Sequence record: DRR378314_1513
Length of the DNA: 64,000 bases
Reading direction: 5' to 3' (one strand)
Below, piece by piece: positions 19,378-29,209 of the stretch. The translations under genes were made by a program, and so were the position numbers. The notes beneath the pieces are model-generated. The model did not search any database, was not told the origin of the DNA, and saw only the letters and a list, made by a program, of their open reading frames with translations. Numbering within the stretch: the stretch's first letter is position 1; the number at the start of each line of letters is the position of its first letter.

Positions 19378-20061
19378 ATGAGGAATTCGGTACGGCGGCA
19401 ACCATTTGCGCCCGTAGAGGCGGCAAACGCCATCACGCCTTATCCCGCCGACCGATTTCTCGGCCTTGAGCAGAGCCTTGCCAGGCTATGGACCAAGTCC
19501 GGCCTGATACGATCTGATCTGAAACGGGGTTTCGCAGGCATTTCAGGAACCGCCACCGGCGCGCCACTTGATCTGAGACTTCAGTTCATCTCAACCTCAA
19601 ACAGGCAAGCGCCGCTTGCAAATCATGCGATCTATATCTGGCACGCGGATGCCTCTGGGAAGTACTCTGTGTACAATAAACCGGATACAAATTACTTAAG
19701 GGGGATTGGCGTTACTGACACGAGTGGACGGATACGATTTTCAACGGTGTTTCCCGGAACATATCGCGGGCGCATACCCCATATACATTTCGAGGTTTAT
19801 CGAAACCTCGAAGCGCTTGAAGCAGGCGCTGAACGTATTATCAGGTCGCGGTTGCTCTTTCCGGACCATATCACCCGGGCCGTGTACTCGGGATCTTCGT
19901 GCTATGTTGAAAGTCTTGCTTGCTACAAAGAGCTAAATTTTGAACGCCCGGTGACAGAACCTCGGCACGACCGCAGGTCTGTCCAAATGGCCAGCGTTAC
20001 TTCCTGTGGAGCTGACACGCTACGTGCGAGCATGACCGCCTTCCTTTCGACATCAAAATGA
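19378..20061 (+). CDS. Intradiol ring-cleavage dioxygenase-like protein
   Basis: IWHADASGKYS, LRG, FPGTYRGRIPHIHF (Tyr/Tyr/His/His iron-ligand pattern). Confidence 0.8.
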   Translation: MRNSVRRQPFAPVEAANAITPYPADRFLGLEQSLARLWTKSGLIRSDLKRGFAGISGTATGAPLDLRLQFISTSNRQAPLANHAIYIWHADASGKYSVYNKPDTNYLRGIGVTDTSGRIRFSTVFPGTYRGRIPHIHFEVYRNLEALEAGAERIIRSRLLFPDHITRAVYSGSSCYVESLACYKELNFERPVTEPRHDRRSVQMASVTSCGADTLRASMTAFLSTSK

Positions 20062-20085
20062 AGACGGCGCAATGCATATTGGGCC

Positions 20086-20691
20086 TCAACCTGAGCAATC
20101 GTCCCCTACAAGAATATCTGTGATGATCGGCTTCATCAGCTCAATGAATTGGGAGCGCTCCTGCTCCGGATGGCGCAGATTGCGGGCGGGAATTCCCGCA
20201 AACAGGCTGAAGAGCATTTCGGTTCGCATGATGGGCGTCCCAATACCGGCCTTTTCGAGAAGAGCGCAAAACTCCTCCCGAATTTCTCGGTCATATCGCT
20301 GCAATATCGCAGCGATCGAAGGATTGCGCTGCGCCTCAGCCAGAATTTCAAAATTCAAAACAGTTCGGAACGGTTCCTGGCTTTTGACAATGGCATCGAT
20401 GACCAAGGGCGCGATCTGATCACGAATTTCTGCAGCATTGAGATTCCGAAAGTCTTCCAGCTTGTCTCGCTGCCGCACCAGTTCCCGCTCCACGACGGCT
20501 TCGATGAGAGCCTCTTTGGAGGAAAAGTAGTGATAGAGGTGCCCGACGCTTATTCCGCAGGATTTCGCAATGCCCGAAATTCCCGCGCCATGAAATCCAC
20601 TCTCAACGAACTGTACCTCTGCACAATCGAGGATTTCGGCAATCCTGGCCTCTCTCTTGGCGGCGGTCTTCGAAATCTGAATATCTGTCAT
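20086..20691 (-). CDS. TetR/AcrR-family regulator
   Basis: HTH IAKSCGISVGHLYHYFSSKEAL; divergent from RND operon. Confidence 0.92.
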   Translation of the reverse strand: MTDIQISKTAAKREARIAEILDCAEVQFVESGFHGAGISGIAKSCGISVGHLYHYFSSKEALIEAVVERELVRQRDKLEDFRNLNAAEIRDQIAPLVIDAIVKSQEPFRTVLNFEILAEAQRNPSIAAILQRYDREIREEFCALLEKAGIGTPIMRTEMLFSLFAGIPARNLRHPEQERSQFIELMKPIITDILVGDDCSG

Positions 20692-20750
20692 GCGTTTATG
20701 CACCTAATTTACGTCATGCCCAATCTTGACTTGCTGCACCGCAGCACTAG

Positions 20751-20792
20751 ATAGAGCGCTCATTCTATTTTTACAAGTGAGCCGACCGGCTC
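20751..20792. promoter_or_regulatory. Inverted repeats ATAGA-N8-TCTAT and GAGCCG-AC-CGGCTC, TetR operator candidates
   Basis: Between divergent tetR and acrA, downstream of TTGACT (20726) and overlapping TAGATA (20748). Confidence 0.45.
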
Positions 20793-20806
20793 GTCAAGGA
20801 ATCCCC

Positions 20807-21988
20807 ATGAAACCTATAAGAAAAAGTCTTTCGGTTGCAGCCCTTGCCGTTGCGTTACTCGCGACGGCATGTGGTGACAGTGGGGAAACCACCGCGACAC
20901 CGCAACCTGTTGCCCCTCGAGTTGAGACGCTCACCGCGGAACTGACCACCGTTCCAAACGAGGTGGAACTCCCCGGTCGTGCACGCGCATACGCCGAGGC
21001 TGAGATTCGGCCGCAAGTTACAGGCATCATCAAGGAACGCCTCTTCAAGGAAGGCGACCTGGTCGAACGCGGTCAGGCCCTATATCAAATCGATGCCGCC
21101 GAATATGCAGCAGATGTAAGAAGCGCCGAAGCATCCTTGGCCCGCGCGCAAGCATCTTCCAAAGTCGCACATGAGACGGCTGCGCGTTTCGCTGAGCTCG
21201 CAAAGATCAACGCCGTCAGCCAGCAGGAATATGATCAGGCAATGGCCTCAGCCCAGGAAGCGGAGGCGGATATCGCGCTCCAAAGAGCAGCTTTGGACCG
21301 CGCCCGTATCGACCTTGCCCGTACAAAAATCTCATCTCCGATTGAAGGCCGCATTGGTCGCTCTTCCGTAACGCAGGGCGCGCTCGTCACACAAAACCAG
21401 ACCGATGCCCTTGCCCGCGTCCTTCAGATTGACCCCATCTATGTGGACCTGACTGTTTCCAGCAACCGGGTACTCAGCGTTCGCCAGCAAATCGCTTCTG
21501 GAGAGGTGGCCTCTTCAGAACTCAACATGACACCAGTGAGCATCATTTTGAATGACGGCTCCATCTACCCGCTTCAGGGTACGCTTGAGTTCAGCGAAGT
21601 GAATGTTGATGAGAGTGCAGGCACGATTGCCGTGCGCGCAAATGTACCCAATCCGGATGGCATCCTCCTGCCCGGTATGTTCGTTCGCGCGAAGTTTGTT
21701 GCCGGCTCATACGAGAACGTCGTTACTCTCCCACAGTCCGTCGTATCGCGCACGCCGACAGGCCAAGCATCTGTCATGGTGCTGAAGGAAGACAACACGG
21801 TCGAACAGCGCCTCATCAAGGTTGAGGATTTTGATGGAAAATCCTGGATCGTGCTCGATGGATTGGAAGCAGGTGAAGAAGTCGTCGTCTCAAACCTGCA
21901 ATCGGTTCAAGCCGGCATGACGGTAAACCCTGTCCGGGCAAATCCTCAGATTTCTGCCGCCCGCGAAACCCAAAGCGACCTGAACTAG
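20807..21988 (+). CDS. acrA: RND periplasmic adaptor, AcrA/MexA-like
   Basis: Lipobox LATAC; AEIRPQVTG; SPIEGRIGRS; LLPGMFV. Confidence 0.9.
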   Translation: MKPIRKSLSVAALAVALLATACGDSGETTATPQPVAPRVETLTAELTTVPNEVELPGRARAYAEAEIRPQVTGIIKERLFKEGDLVERGQALYQIDAAEYAADVRSAEASLARAQASSKVAHETAARFAELAKINAVSQQEYDQAMASAQEAEADIALQRAALDRARIDLARTKISSPIEGRIGRSSVTQGALVTQNQTDALARVLQIDPIYVDLTVSSNRVLSVRQQIASGEVASSELNMTPVSIILNDGSIYPLQGTLEFSEVNVDESAGTIAVRANVPNPDGILLPGMFVRAKFVAGSYENVVTLPQSVVSRTPTGQASVMVLKEDNTVEQRLIKVEDFDGKSWIVLDGLEAGEEVVVSNLQSVQAGMTVNPVRANPQISAARETQSDLN

Positions 21989-22007
21989 AAACACCGGATA
22001 CTCACTC

Positions 22008-25000
22008 ATGGCCAAGTTTTTCATTGATCGCCCAGTGTTCGCCTGGGTGATTGCGATCATTATCATGCTTGCGGGCGGGATGGCGCTTCGGTCGCTTCCA
22101 GTCGCGCAGTATCCGGACATTGCTCCTACCACGGTAAGCATCAATGCGAGCTATCCCGGCGCCTCAGCCGAAGCCGTTGAGAATGCGGTAACCCAAGTTA
22201 TCGAACAGCAACTCACCGGGCTGGACGGACTGGACTATATTTCCTCTTCCTCCAGCTCGGACGGCGTTGCATCCATCACGCTTTCCTTCGAGCCCGGCAC
22301 GGACCCTGACATTGCGCAAGTGCAGACACAGAACAAGATTTCCCTGGCCACACCTCTTCTGCCAGAGCAGGTTCAGCGTCAGGGCGTGACGGTCAGCAAG
22401 GCGAGCGGGGGCTTCCTGCTGGTAACGGCTGTCTACTCGCCAAACGAAACATTCAATCAGACGGATTTGGGCGACTATGTCCAATCGAACATCTACGACA
22501 CGATCAGTCGTCTGGATGGTGTTGGGAATGTCCAGGTGTTCGGCTCCCAGTACGCAATGCGGGTTTGGCTCGAACCTGAAAAGCTCAACCAATACGGCCT
22601 GACGCCGTCTGAAGTCGTCCAAGCCATTGAGGCGCAGAACGCACAGATCGCCTCGGGTGCCCTCGGCGGCGCGCCCTCAGTACCCGGCCAGGAAATCAAT
22701 GTGACGGTGACACTGCAATCGTTGCTGACGACACCAGAACAATTCCGCAATCTGCTTATCCGTACCACGTCAGCTGGCGGCTCTGTGAGACTGCAGGATG
22801 TAGCGCGAGTTGAACTGGGCGCACAGGACTATTCCTTCATCTCTCGCTTCAATGGCTATCCATCAACGGGATTCGCCGTCACGCTTGCGACAGGCGCAAA
22901 CGCGCTCGACACTGCCGAACGAGTGAAAGAAGCGATGGGCCACCTCGCGGAAGATTTCCCCGCAGATATGGAATACGTCTTCCCGGTGGATGCGACCCCC
23001 TTCATCGAAACGTCCATCCACGAAGTAGAAAAGACACTTTACGAAGCCATCGCACTGGTCTTCGTCGTAATCCTGATATTTCTTCAGAGCTTTCGCGCAT
23101 CATTGATCCCGATCATTGCCGTGCCTGTAGTGTTGTTGGGGACATTCGCCGTGCTTCTGGTGTTCGGCATGTCCATCAATACGTTGACCATGTTCGCCAT
23201 GGTGCTCGCTATCGGCTTGCTGGTTGATGACGCGATTGTCGTTGTCGAAAATGTTGAGCGCGTAATGCATGAGGATGGATTGTCGCCTTATGACGCCACC
23301 GTCAAATCCATGCAGCAAATCACCGGCGCACTTGTCGGAATTGCCGTCGTGCTCTCAGCCGTTTTCGTTCCAATGGCGTTTTTCCCCGGTTCAGCCGGCG
23401 TGATCTACCGCCAATTCTCAGTGACAATCGTGGCCGCCATGACCTTGTCGGTAATTGTAGCTGTCGTGCTGTCTCCAGCTCTCTGCGCCACGCTGCTCAA
23501 GCCTTCTCACGGGAATGGCAAGTCGTGGCTCATGGCTCCCGCGAATGCCTTCAATGCCGGATTTGACAAGCTGACCAGTGGCTATGAGGCGGCGGTCACC
23601 CGGATTGTGCGTCGGCGCTGGATCATGCTGGGCGTATTCGCAATAATCATCACCCTGACCGGCCTGATGTTTGTCCGCTTGCCCACCGCGTTCCTCCCAG
23701 ACGAAGACCAGGGCACAATGATGACCATCGTTCAGCTACCGGAAAGCGCCACACTTGAACGCACAGCTTCCGTGCTTGACGAAGTTCGGGGCTATTATGC
23801 TGAAAACGAAAGTTCCAACATCAAGGGCCTCTTCACGGTCGCCGGCTTCAGCGTCGTCGGGGCGGGCCAAAACAATGGCATTGCCTTCGCAGCCATGAAT
23901 GATTGGGAAGAGCGCCCCGGTGCCGAAAACACTGTACAAGCTATTGCGGGCCGCGCATTTGGAGGCCTCTCCCAAATCGATGAGGCAAACATCTTCCCGA
24001 TTGTTCCGCCTCCCATTCAGGAAATGGGCAACTCCAGCGGATTTGACCTATACATCAAGAACACTGGCGGGCTGTCCCACGAGGAGTTCCTCAATGCACG
24101 CAATCAATTGCTCGGCATGGCCTCTCAAGACCCCCGCCTGATGGGTGTACGCCCGAACGGCAGTGATGATGGCCCACAATTCAACATGCATCTGGACTAC
24201 CAGAAGTCTCAGGCCCTAGGTGTCTCGGTCGGGGACGCAACAAGTCTGCTGTCCATCGCTTTTGGTGGCACCTATGTGAACGACTTTCTGGATCGCGGAC
24301 GGATCAAGCGCGTGTATGTCCAAGGCGATGCGGACGACCGCATGCAGCCAGACGATGTCTCGAACTGGTTCGCACGCAGCAATACAGGTGAAATGGTTCC
24401 ACTGGACGAAATCGTATCCGGCGAATGGAGCTATGGCTCTCCCCAATTGCAGCGCTTCAACGGCGTTTCCGCCATGAACATCCAGGGATCGCCAGCCCCA
24501 GGACAGAGCTCGGGAGCTTCGATGGATCTCATCGGCAGCCTGGTCGACCAGCTGCCGGGCGACATCACCTATGAATGGAGTGGCCTCAGCCGTCAGGAGC
24601 AACAAACCGGAAATCAGGCGACCATGCTTTATGTCATGTCTCTGCTTTTCGTATTCCTTTGCCTCGCGGCTCTCTATGAAAGCTGGACAGTGCCGATTTC
24701 GGTACTTCTCGTTGCACCGCTCGGCGTTACAGGTGCCGTCGCCTCGGCAAACCTGTTCGGTCTGGCAAACGATGTGTTCTTCCAGGTGGGACTGTTGATG
24801 ACGGTCGGACTAGCCTCAAAAAACGCTATTCTGATCGTCGAATTCGCACGCACACTCGAAGAAACCGGCAAGGAAGTTGTGTCTGCCACGATTGAAGCGG
24901 TCCGTCTTCGTATTCGCCCCGTGCTGATGACATCCCTGGCCTTCGGCTTCGGTGTGCTACCATTGGCGCTGAGCTCAGGTGCTGGATCTGAAAGTCGTAA

Positions 25001-25145
25001 TGCGATGGGCTGGATCATGATTGGTGGCGTCATTGCCGCCATGACGTTCAGCCTGCTGTTTGCCCCCCTGTTTTATGTCATCGTTCGTCAGGTAACCATG
25101 CGCCTTCGCGGCCAGCGTCCTGCCAATACTGGAGAGACCGCATGA
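22008..25145 (+). CDS. acrB: HAE1 RND efflux permease, AcrB/MexB-like
   Basis: MAKFFIDRPVFAWV; GLLVDDAIVVVENVER; KNAILIVEFA; RPVLMTS. Confidence 0.95.
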   Translation: MAKFFIDRPVFAWVIAIIIMLAGGMALRSLPVAQYPDIAPTTVSINASYPGASAEAVENAVTQVIEQQLTGLDGLDYISSSSSSDGVASITLSFEPGTDPDIAQVQTQNKISLATPLLPEQVQRQGVTVSKASGGFLLVTAVYSPNETFNQTDLGDYVQSNIYDTISRLDGVGNVQVFGSQYAMRVWLEPEKLNQYGLTPSEVVQAIEAQNAQIASGALGGAPSVPGQEINVTVTLQSLLTTPEQFRNLLIRTTSAGGSVRLQDVARVELGAQDYSFISRFNGYPSTGFAVTLATGANALDTAERVKEAMGHLAEDFPADMEYVFPVDATPFIETSIHEVEKTLYEAIALVFVVILIFLQSFRASLIPIIAVPVVLLGTFAVLLVFGMSINTLTMFAMVLAIGLLVDDAIVVVENVERVMHEDGLSPYDATVKSMQQITGALVGIAVVLSAVFVPMAFFPGSAGVIYRQFSVTIVAAMTLSVIVAVVLSPALCATLLKPSHGNGKSWLMAPANAFNAGFDKLTSGYEAAVTRIVRRRWIMLGVFAIIITLTGLMFVRLPTAFLPDEDQGTMMTIVQLPESATLERTASVLDEVRGYYAENESSNIKGLFTVAGFSVVGAGQNNGIAFAAMNDWEERPGAENTVQAIAGRAFGGLSQIDEANIFPIVPPPIQEMGNSSGFDLYIKNTGGLSHEEFLNARNQLLGMASQDPRLMGVRPNGSDDGPQFNMHLDYQKSQALGVSVGDATSLLSIAFGGTYVNDFLDRGRIKRVYVQGDADDRMQPDDVSNWFARSNTGEMVPLDEIVSGEWSYGSPQLQRFNGVSAMNIQGSPAPGQSSGASMDLIGSLVDQLPGDITYEWSGLSRQEQQTGNQATMLYVMSLLFVFLCLAALYESWTVPISVLLVAPLGVTGAVASANLFGLANDVFFQVGLLMTVGLASKNAILIVEFARTLEETGKEVVSATIEAVRLRIRPVLMTSLAFGFGVLPLALSSGAGSESRNAMGWIMIGGVIAAMTFSLLFAPLFYVIVRQVTMRLRGQRPANTGETA

Positions 25146-26560
25146 CCCGCCACCACTATCTCGCCGCTTCCCTCAGCGCGCTGGTTCTCACAGGCTGTGT
25201 CAATATGGCGCCGGAATATGAGCGCCCCGTAGCTCCTGTTCCGGCGGAACTGCCGGTTGCAGATCCTTCCCAGGAAGGAGCCTCGACACTGACTTGGCAG
25301 CAGGTCGTCCAGTCCGAAGAGCTTCGGGAGCTGATCGCCTTGTCGCTTGAACAGAACCGCGACTTGAGAACGGTCGCCGCGACGGTTGAAGTGGCCCGCG
25401 CCAATCTCATCACCGCTCGGTCGGGCTTCTGGCCTTCATTCAATGGCTCAGGCAATGCGCAGATTGGCGACACTTTTGATGACAGCTCAGCGTACTCATC
25501 AACGTTCAGCGACAGCACATCCGCGCAGATTGGTGTTTCCGCATGGGAGCTCGATTTCTTCGGGCGCATCCGCAACACGAATGACGCGGCAGTGCAGACT
25601 TATCTCGCCAGCGTAGAAGGTGAACGCGCGACGAAGATCTCGCTCGTTGCATCCGTGGCTGAAGCCTGGCTGCAACTGGGTGCGGACAAGGAATTGTTGC
25701 GCCTTGCTCAACAAACCGCCGAGAGCCAGAAAGAAAGCTTGGAGCTCACTCAGGCCCTCTTCGACGCCGGGACGGCCAGTGAGATTGACCTGCGACGTGC
25801 CTCCGCATCGGTTGCGTCTGCTCAGGCTCAGGCTGCCACATTCGAAGCGAATGTACGGCGGGACATCAATACGCTCCGTTATCTGGTTGGCACGGATCTG
25901 CCGCCGGCAATTGAGGCAAGCGTGGCACTCTCGCCTTCGCCGGTACAGTTGAATTTGCCAGTCGGCCAATCATCCTCGGTTCTGTTGCGTCGTCCAGACG
26001 TTATCCAGGCTGAACGAACATTGCTCGCTGCAAACGCCAATATCGGCGCGGCACGCGCCGCCTATTTCCCGTCCGTATCCTTGTCTGGTGGTGTTGGGGT
26101 TGCGGGAGGCGACATTTCGGACCTGTTCGAAGGCGACTACGCGTCAGGTTGGACGTTTACGCCGAGCGTCTCAATCCCGATTTTCGATTTCGGCGCCCGG
26201 CAAGGAAACCTTGATGCCGCCCGTGCGAACGCTGACGCAGCCATAGCCACCTATGAAGGCGCTATCCAGCAGGCCTTCCGGGAGGTTGCCAACGCACTCG
26301 CGGTTTCAGAGACAATTTCGCGCCGCCTGGATGCGCTTGAACAACTGGCGGAGGATACCAGCGTAACACTGAATCTGTCTCAGGAGCGGTTCAAGTCCGG
26401 GTTGGACGACTATCTGACCGTGCTCGACGCTCAGCGCGAAAATTATGACGCCCAACAGCAACTCATTCAGGCAAATCTGGACCATGGACTGAACAGCCTG
26501 GCGCTCTATCGGGCCTTGGCAGTTTGGGAAGAGCCAGCAGAAACTACACCAATCGAATAG
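25142..26560 (+). CDS. Efflux outer-membrane factor lipoprotein (OprM-like)
   Basis: Lipobox LTGC; WELDFFG; LLRRPDV; ATGA overlap. Confidence 0.92.
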   Translation: MTRHHYLAASLSALVLTGCVNMAPEYERPVAPVPAELPVADPSQEGASTLTWQQVVQSEELRELIALSLEQNRDLRTVAATVEVARANLITARSGFWPSFNGSGNAQIGDTFDDSSAYSSTFSDSTSAQIGVSAWELDFFGRIRNTNDAAVQTYLASVEGERATKISLVASVAEAWLQLGADKELLRLAQQTAESQKESLELTQALFDAGTASEIDLRRASASVASAQAQAATFEANVRRDINTLRYLVGTDLPPAIEASVALSPSPVQLNLPVGQSSSVLLRRPDVIQAERTLLAANANIGAARAAYFPSVSLSGGVGVAGGDISDLFEGDYASGWTFTPSVSIPIFDFGARQGNLDAARANADAAIATYEGAIQQAFREVANALAVSETISRRLDALEQLAEDTSVTLNLSQERFKSGLDDYLTVLDAQRENYDAQQQLIQANLDHGLNSLALYRALAVWEEPAETTPIE

Positions 26561-26682
26561 AATATTTTTCGGCAATGATTTTCCATCGCGAAACGATTCA
26601 TACAAACTTACTGGACATCAGGGCATAAAATATACGATATCCGCGAAAATAGAGGTAACATCACCTGCCGGGAGTTGCGAGC

Positions 26683-27798
26683 ATGCGGATTGGCGTTCCA
26701 AAGGAAATCAAGAATAACGAATTTCGGGTAGGCCTGACCCCGGAAAGCGTCAGCGAGTTTGTCGCGCGTGGGCACACCGTTCTGGTCGAAACTCAGGCCG
26801 GCATGGGCATTGGCGCTGCAGACGATGCCTATCGCGCCGTTGGTGCTGACATCGCGGACACGGCGACAGATGTGTTTGCCAGCTCAGACATGATCATCAA
26901 GGTGAAGGAACCCTTGGCACCGGAGCGCGCCATGCTTCGCGAAGGTCAGATCCTGTTCACTTACCTGCACCTCGCCCCGGATCCGGAACAGACCCAGGAT
27001 CTGATGAAATCAGGCGCAGTTTGCATCGCCTATGAAACGGTCACGGATCGCACAGGCGGATTGCCCCTGTTGAAACCCATGAGCCAGGTGGCCGGTCGAC
27101 TTGCCGTGCAGGCTGGCGCGTCTGCACTCGAGAAAGCCAAAGGTGGCCGCGGCGTTCTGATCGGCGGTGTTCCGGGCGTGCGCGCAAGCCGTGTGGTTGT
27201 AATTGGGGGCGGTGTGGTTGGCTTCAACGCTGCTCAAATGGCCGTAGGAATGCACGCTGACGTGACCATTCTGGACCGCAACCCCGATGTGCTTGAACGC
27301 CTCGCGACGCATTTTGAAGCAGGCGCAAACACGGTCTACTCCACGCGTGCCACACTCGAGCAGGAAATCGCGCAGGCTGATCTCGTGATCGGCGCTGTGC
27401 TCGTACCCGGCTCTGCAGCGCCGAAGCTGATCACCCACGAAATGCTTTCCATCATGCAGCCCGGCGCCGTCATGGTGGATGTCGCGATCGATCAGGGCGG
27501 CTGTTTTGAAACCTCAAAGCCGACTACGCATGACGCCCCAACTTATGTGGTGGACGACATTGTTCACTATTGCGTCGCAAACATGCCGGGCGCTGTCGCC
27601 AGAACCTCTACCTATGCCCTCAACAATGCCACGCTTCCACATGCGCTGCGGATCGCTGACAAGGGCTGGAAAGATGCATTGAGGTCAGATCCTCATCTGG
27701 CAGCGGGACTGAACGTATGGAACGGAAAGGTCACGTGCGAAGCGGTGGCTGAAAGCCTGAAGCTAGATTTGACGCCTCTTACCGCAGCCCTGGCCTAA
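26683..27798 (+). CDS. ald: Alanine dehydrogenase
   Basis: [40 protein letters not shown]. Confidence 0.97.
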   Translation: MRIGVPKEIKNNEFRVGLTPESVSEFVARGHTVLVETQAGMGIGAADDAYRAVGADIADTATDVFASSDMIIKVKEPLAPERAMLREGQILFTYLHLAPDPEQTQDLMKSGAVCIAYETVTDRTGGLPLLKPMSQVAGRLAVQAGASALEKAKGGRGVLIGGVPGVRASRVVVIGGGVVGFNAAQMAVGMHADVTILDRNPDVLERLATHFEAGANTVYSTRATLEQEIAQADLVIGAVLVPGSAAPKLITHEMLSIMQPGAVMVDVAIDQGGCFETSKPTTHDAPTYVVDDIVHYCVANMPGAVARTSTYALNNATLPHALRIADKGWKDALRSDPHLAAGLNVWNGKVTCEAVAESLKLDLTPLTAALA

Positions 27799-27815
27799 TT
27801 GCGACGACTGCGGGG

Positions 27816-28628
27816 TCAGCGACCAATCAACTGGCTCCGCAGCGCTTCACACCCTTCAGGCAGCAACGGCTCAAAGTGAGTGGCCTCAAATCCCGACACA
27901 GGTTGAAACAGTCGCAAGCTGTTCGTCAGGAAGACGCGATCAGCAGCCAACAAATCACTGCGCGATACTGACCTTTCGGAAACTACAAACTCGCCGATGT
28001 ATCCCCGCTCAAGCACCCAATTTCGTATCACGCCAGGCAAGGCTCCGTCATCAATGGGTGACGTCACGATATCTCGTCCCAACTGAACGAAGACGTTTGC
28101 CGCTGTCGCACAGGATAGATTGCCTCCCGGCGAAAAGAAAAACGCATCTCCAAACCCGGAGGAGACTGCAGCACGTAGAGCAACAACATTATCCGTATAG
28201 GACAAAGTCTTGTGCCGCGCATTTATAGAGGTCGGATTGCGCAGAATCTCGCTCTCCTGGACGTGCACGGCGGGCAAAGGCACGCTAACATCATAGTCTG
28301 TCAAATTCGCCAAAATTGTCGCGCCACCGGACACTTCTCCGGCCAGCCCTCTACCGCCCGCGCCTCTCGTGACGGTAACGCGCAGCGCTCCGGATGATTC
28401 GGGCGGGGCAGCTTGGTCCATCGCCCCCTCAACCTGAGAGCGTTGCAGAGGGATGCCAAGAGCGACAGCGCCATCCAGAAGGCGATCAATATGCGCGTCA
28501 CGCATCATGATCTGCCCACGAACCACCAAGGACGTGTCGAACACTCCGTCTGCCAGCAACAGCCCTCGGTCTCTGACATCGAACGAAACGGAATGAACCG
28601 GACTGGATGATGGTTGAAACAAGTTCAT
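27816..28628 (-). CDS. pabC: Class IV aminotransferase / aminodeoxychorismate lyase
   Basis: DRGLLLADGVFDT, HKTLSY (PLP Lys), LPGVIR, TNSL; follows pabA with ATGA overlap. Confidence 0.8.
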   Translation of the reverse strand: MNLFQPSSSPVHSVSFDVRDRGLLLADGVFDTSLVVRGQIMMRDAHIDRLLDGAVALGIPLQRSQVEGAMDQAAPPESSGALRVTVTRGAGGRGLAGEVSGGATILANLTDYDVSVPLPAVHVQESEILRNPTSINARHKTLSYTDNVVALRAAVSSGFGDAFFFSPGGNLSCATAANVFVQLGRDIVTSPIDDGALPGVIRNWVLERGYIGEFVVSERSVSRSDLLAADRVFLTNSLRLFQPVSGFEATHFEPLLPEGCEALRSQLIGR

Positions 28629-29209
28629 AGTCGAGGCCACGTCTTACTGAGTTGCACGAAGTTGCCAATCAACTCCGCACCATATTCGGTCAGGATTGAC
28701 TCTGGATGGAATTGGACACCGAAGAGCGGTTTCGAGATATGCGAAAGCGCCATGATTTCACCTTCAGCAGATACCGCGTTCACCATGAGTTCGTCGGGCA
28801 ATTCATCAAACTGTGCGACGAGGGAATTGTACAGCCCAACCTCGTATGACCTTGGCAGCCCTTCAAACAATTTTCCACTCTGGACGGACAATTTTGTCGT
28901 GCGGCCATGCCTCGGATGACCAGCCCTGACAATCTTGCCGCCATACACTTGCGCAATCGTCTGGTGACCGAGACACACTCCGAGAATCGGCAACGCATCG
29001 CTGAAATGGCGCACGACATCGAGGCAAATTCCGGCCTCGTTCGGTGTACAGGGTCCCGGTGAGAGCACGAGCGCGTCTGGTTCCAGATCGGTTATCTCAC
29101 TCAGCGTGACGCGGTCACTATCGATGACCATCACGTCTGCGCCTGCACAGGTCACATACCTTGCCAGGTTGAATACAAAACTATCGCGATTGTTGAGAAC
29201 AAGGATCAT
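28625..29209 (-). CDS. pabA: Aminodeoxychorismate synthase glutamine amidotransferase subunit
   Basis: SPGPCTP, GVCLGHQ, QFHPES. Confidence 0.9.
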   Translation of the reverse strand: MILVLNNRDSFVFNLARYVTCAGADVMVIDSDRVTLSEITDLEPDALVLSPGPCTPNEAGICLDVVRHFSDALPILGVCLGHQTIAQVYGGKIVRAGHPRHGRTTKLSVQSGKLFEGLPRSYEVGLYNSLVAQFDELPDELMVNAVSAEGEIMALSHISKPLFGVQFHPESILTEYGAELIGNFVQLSKTWPRL

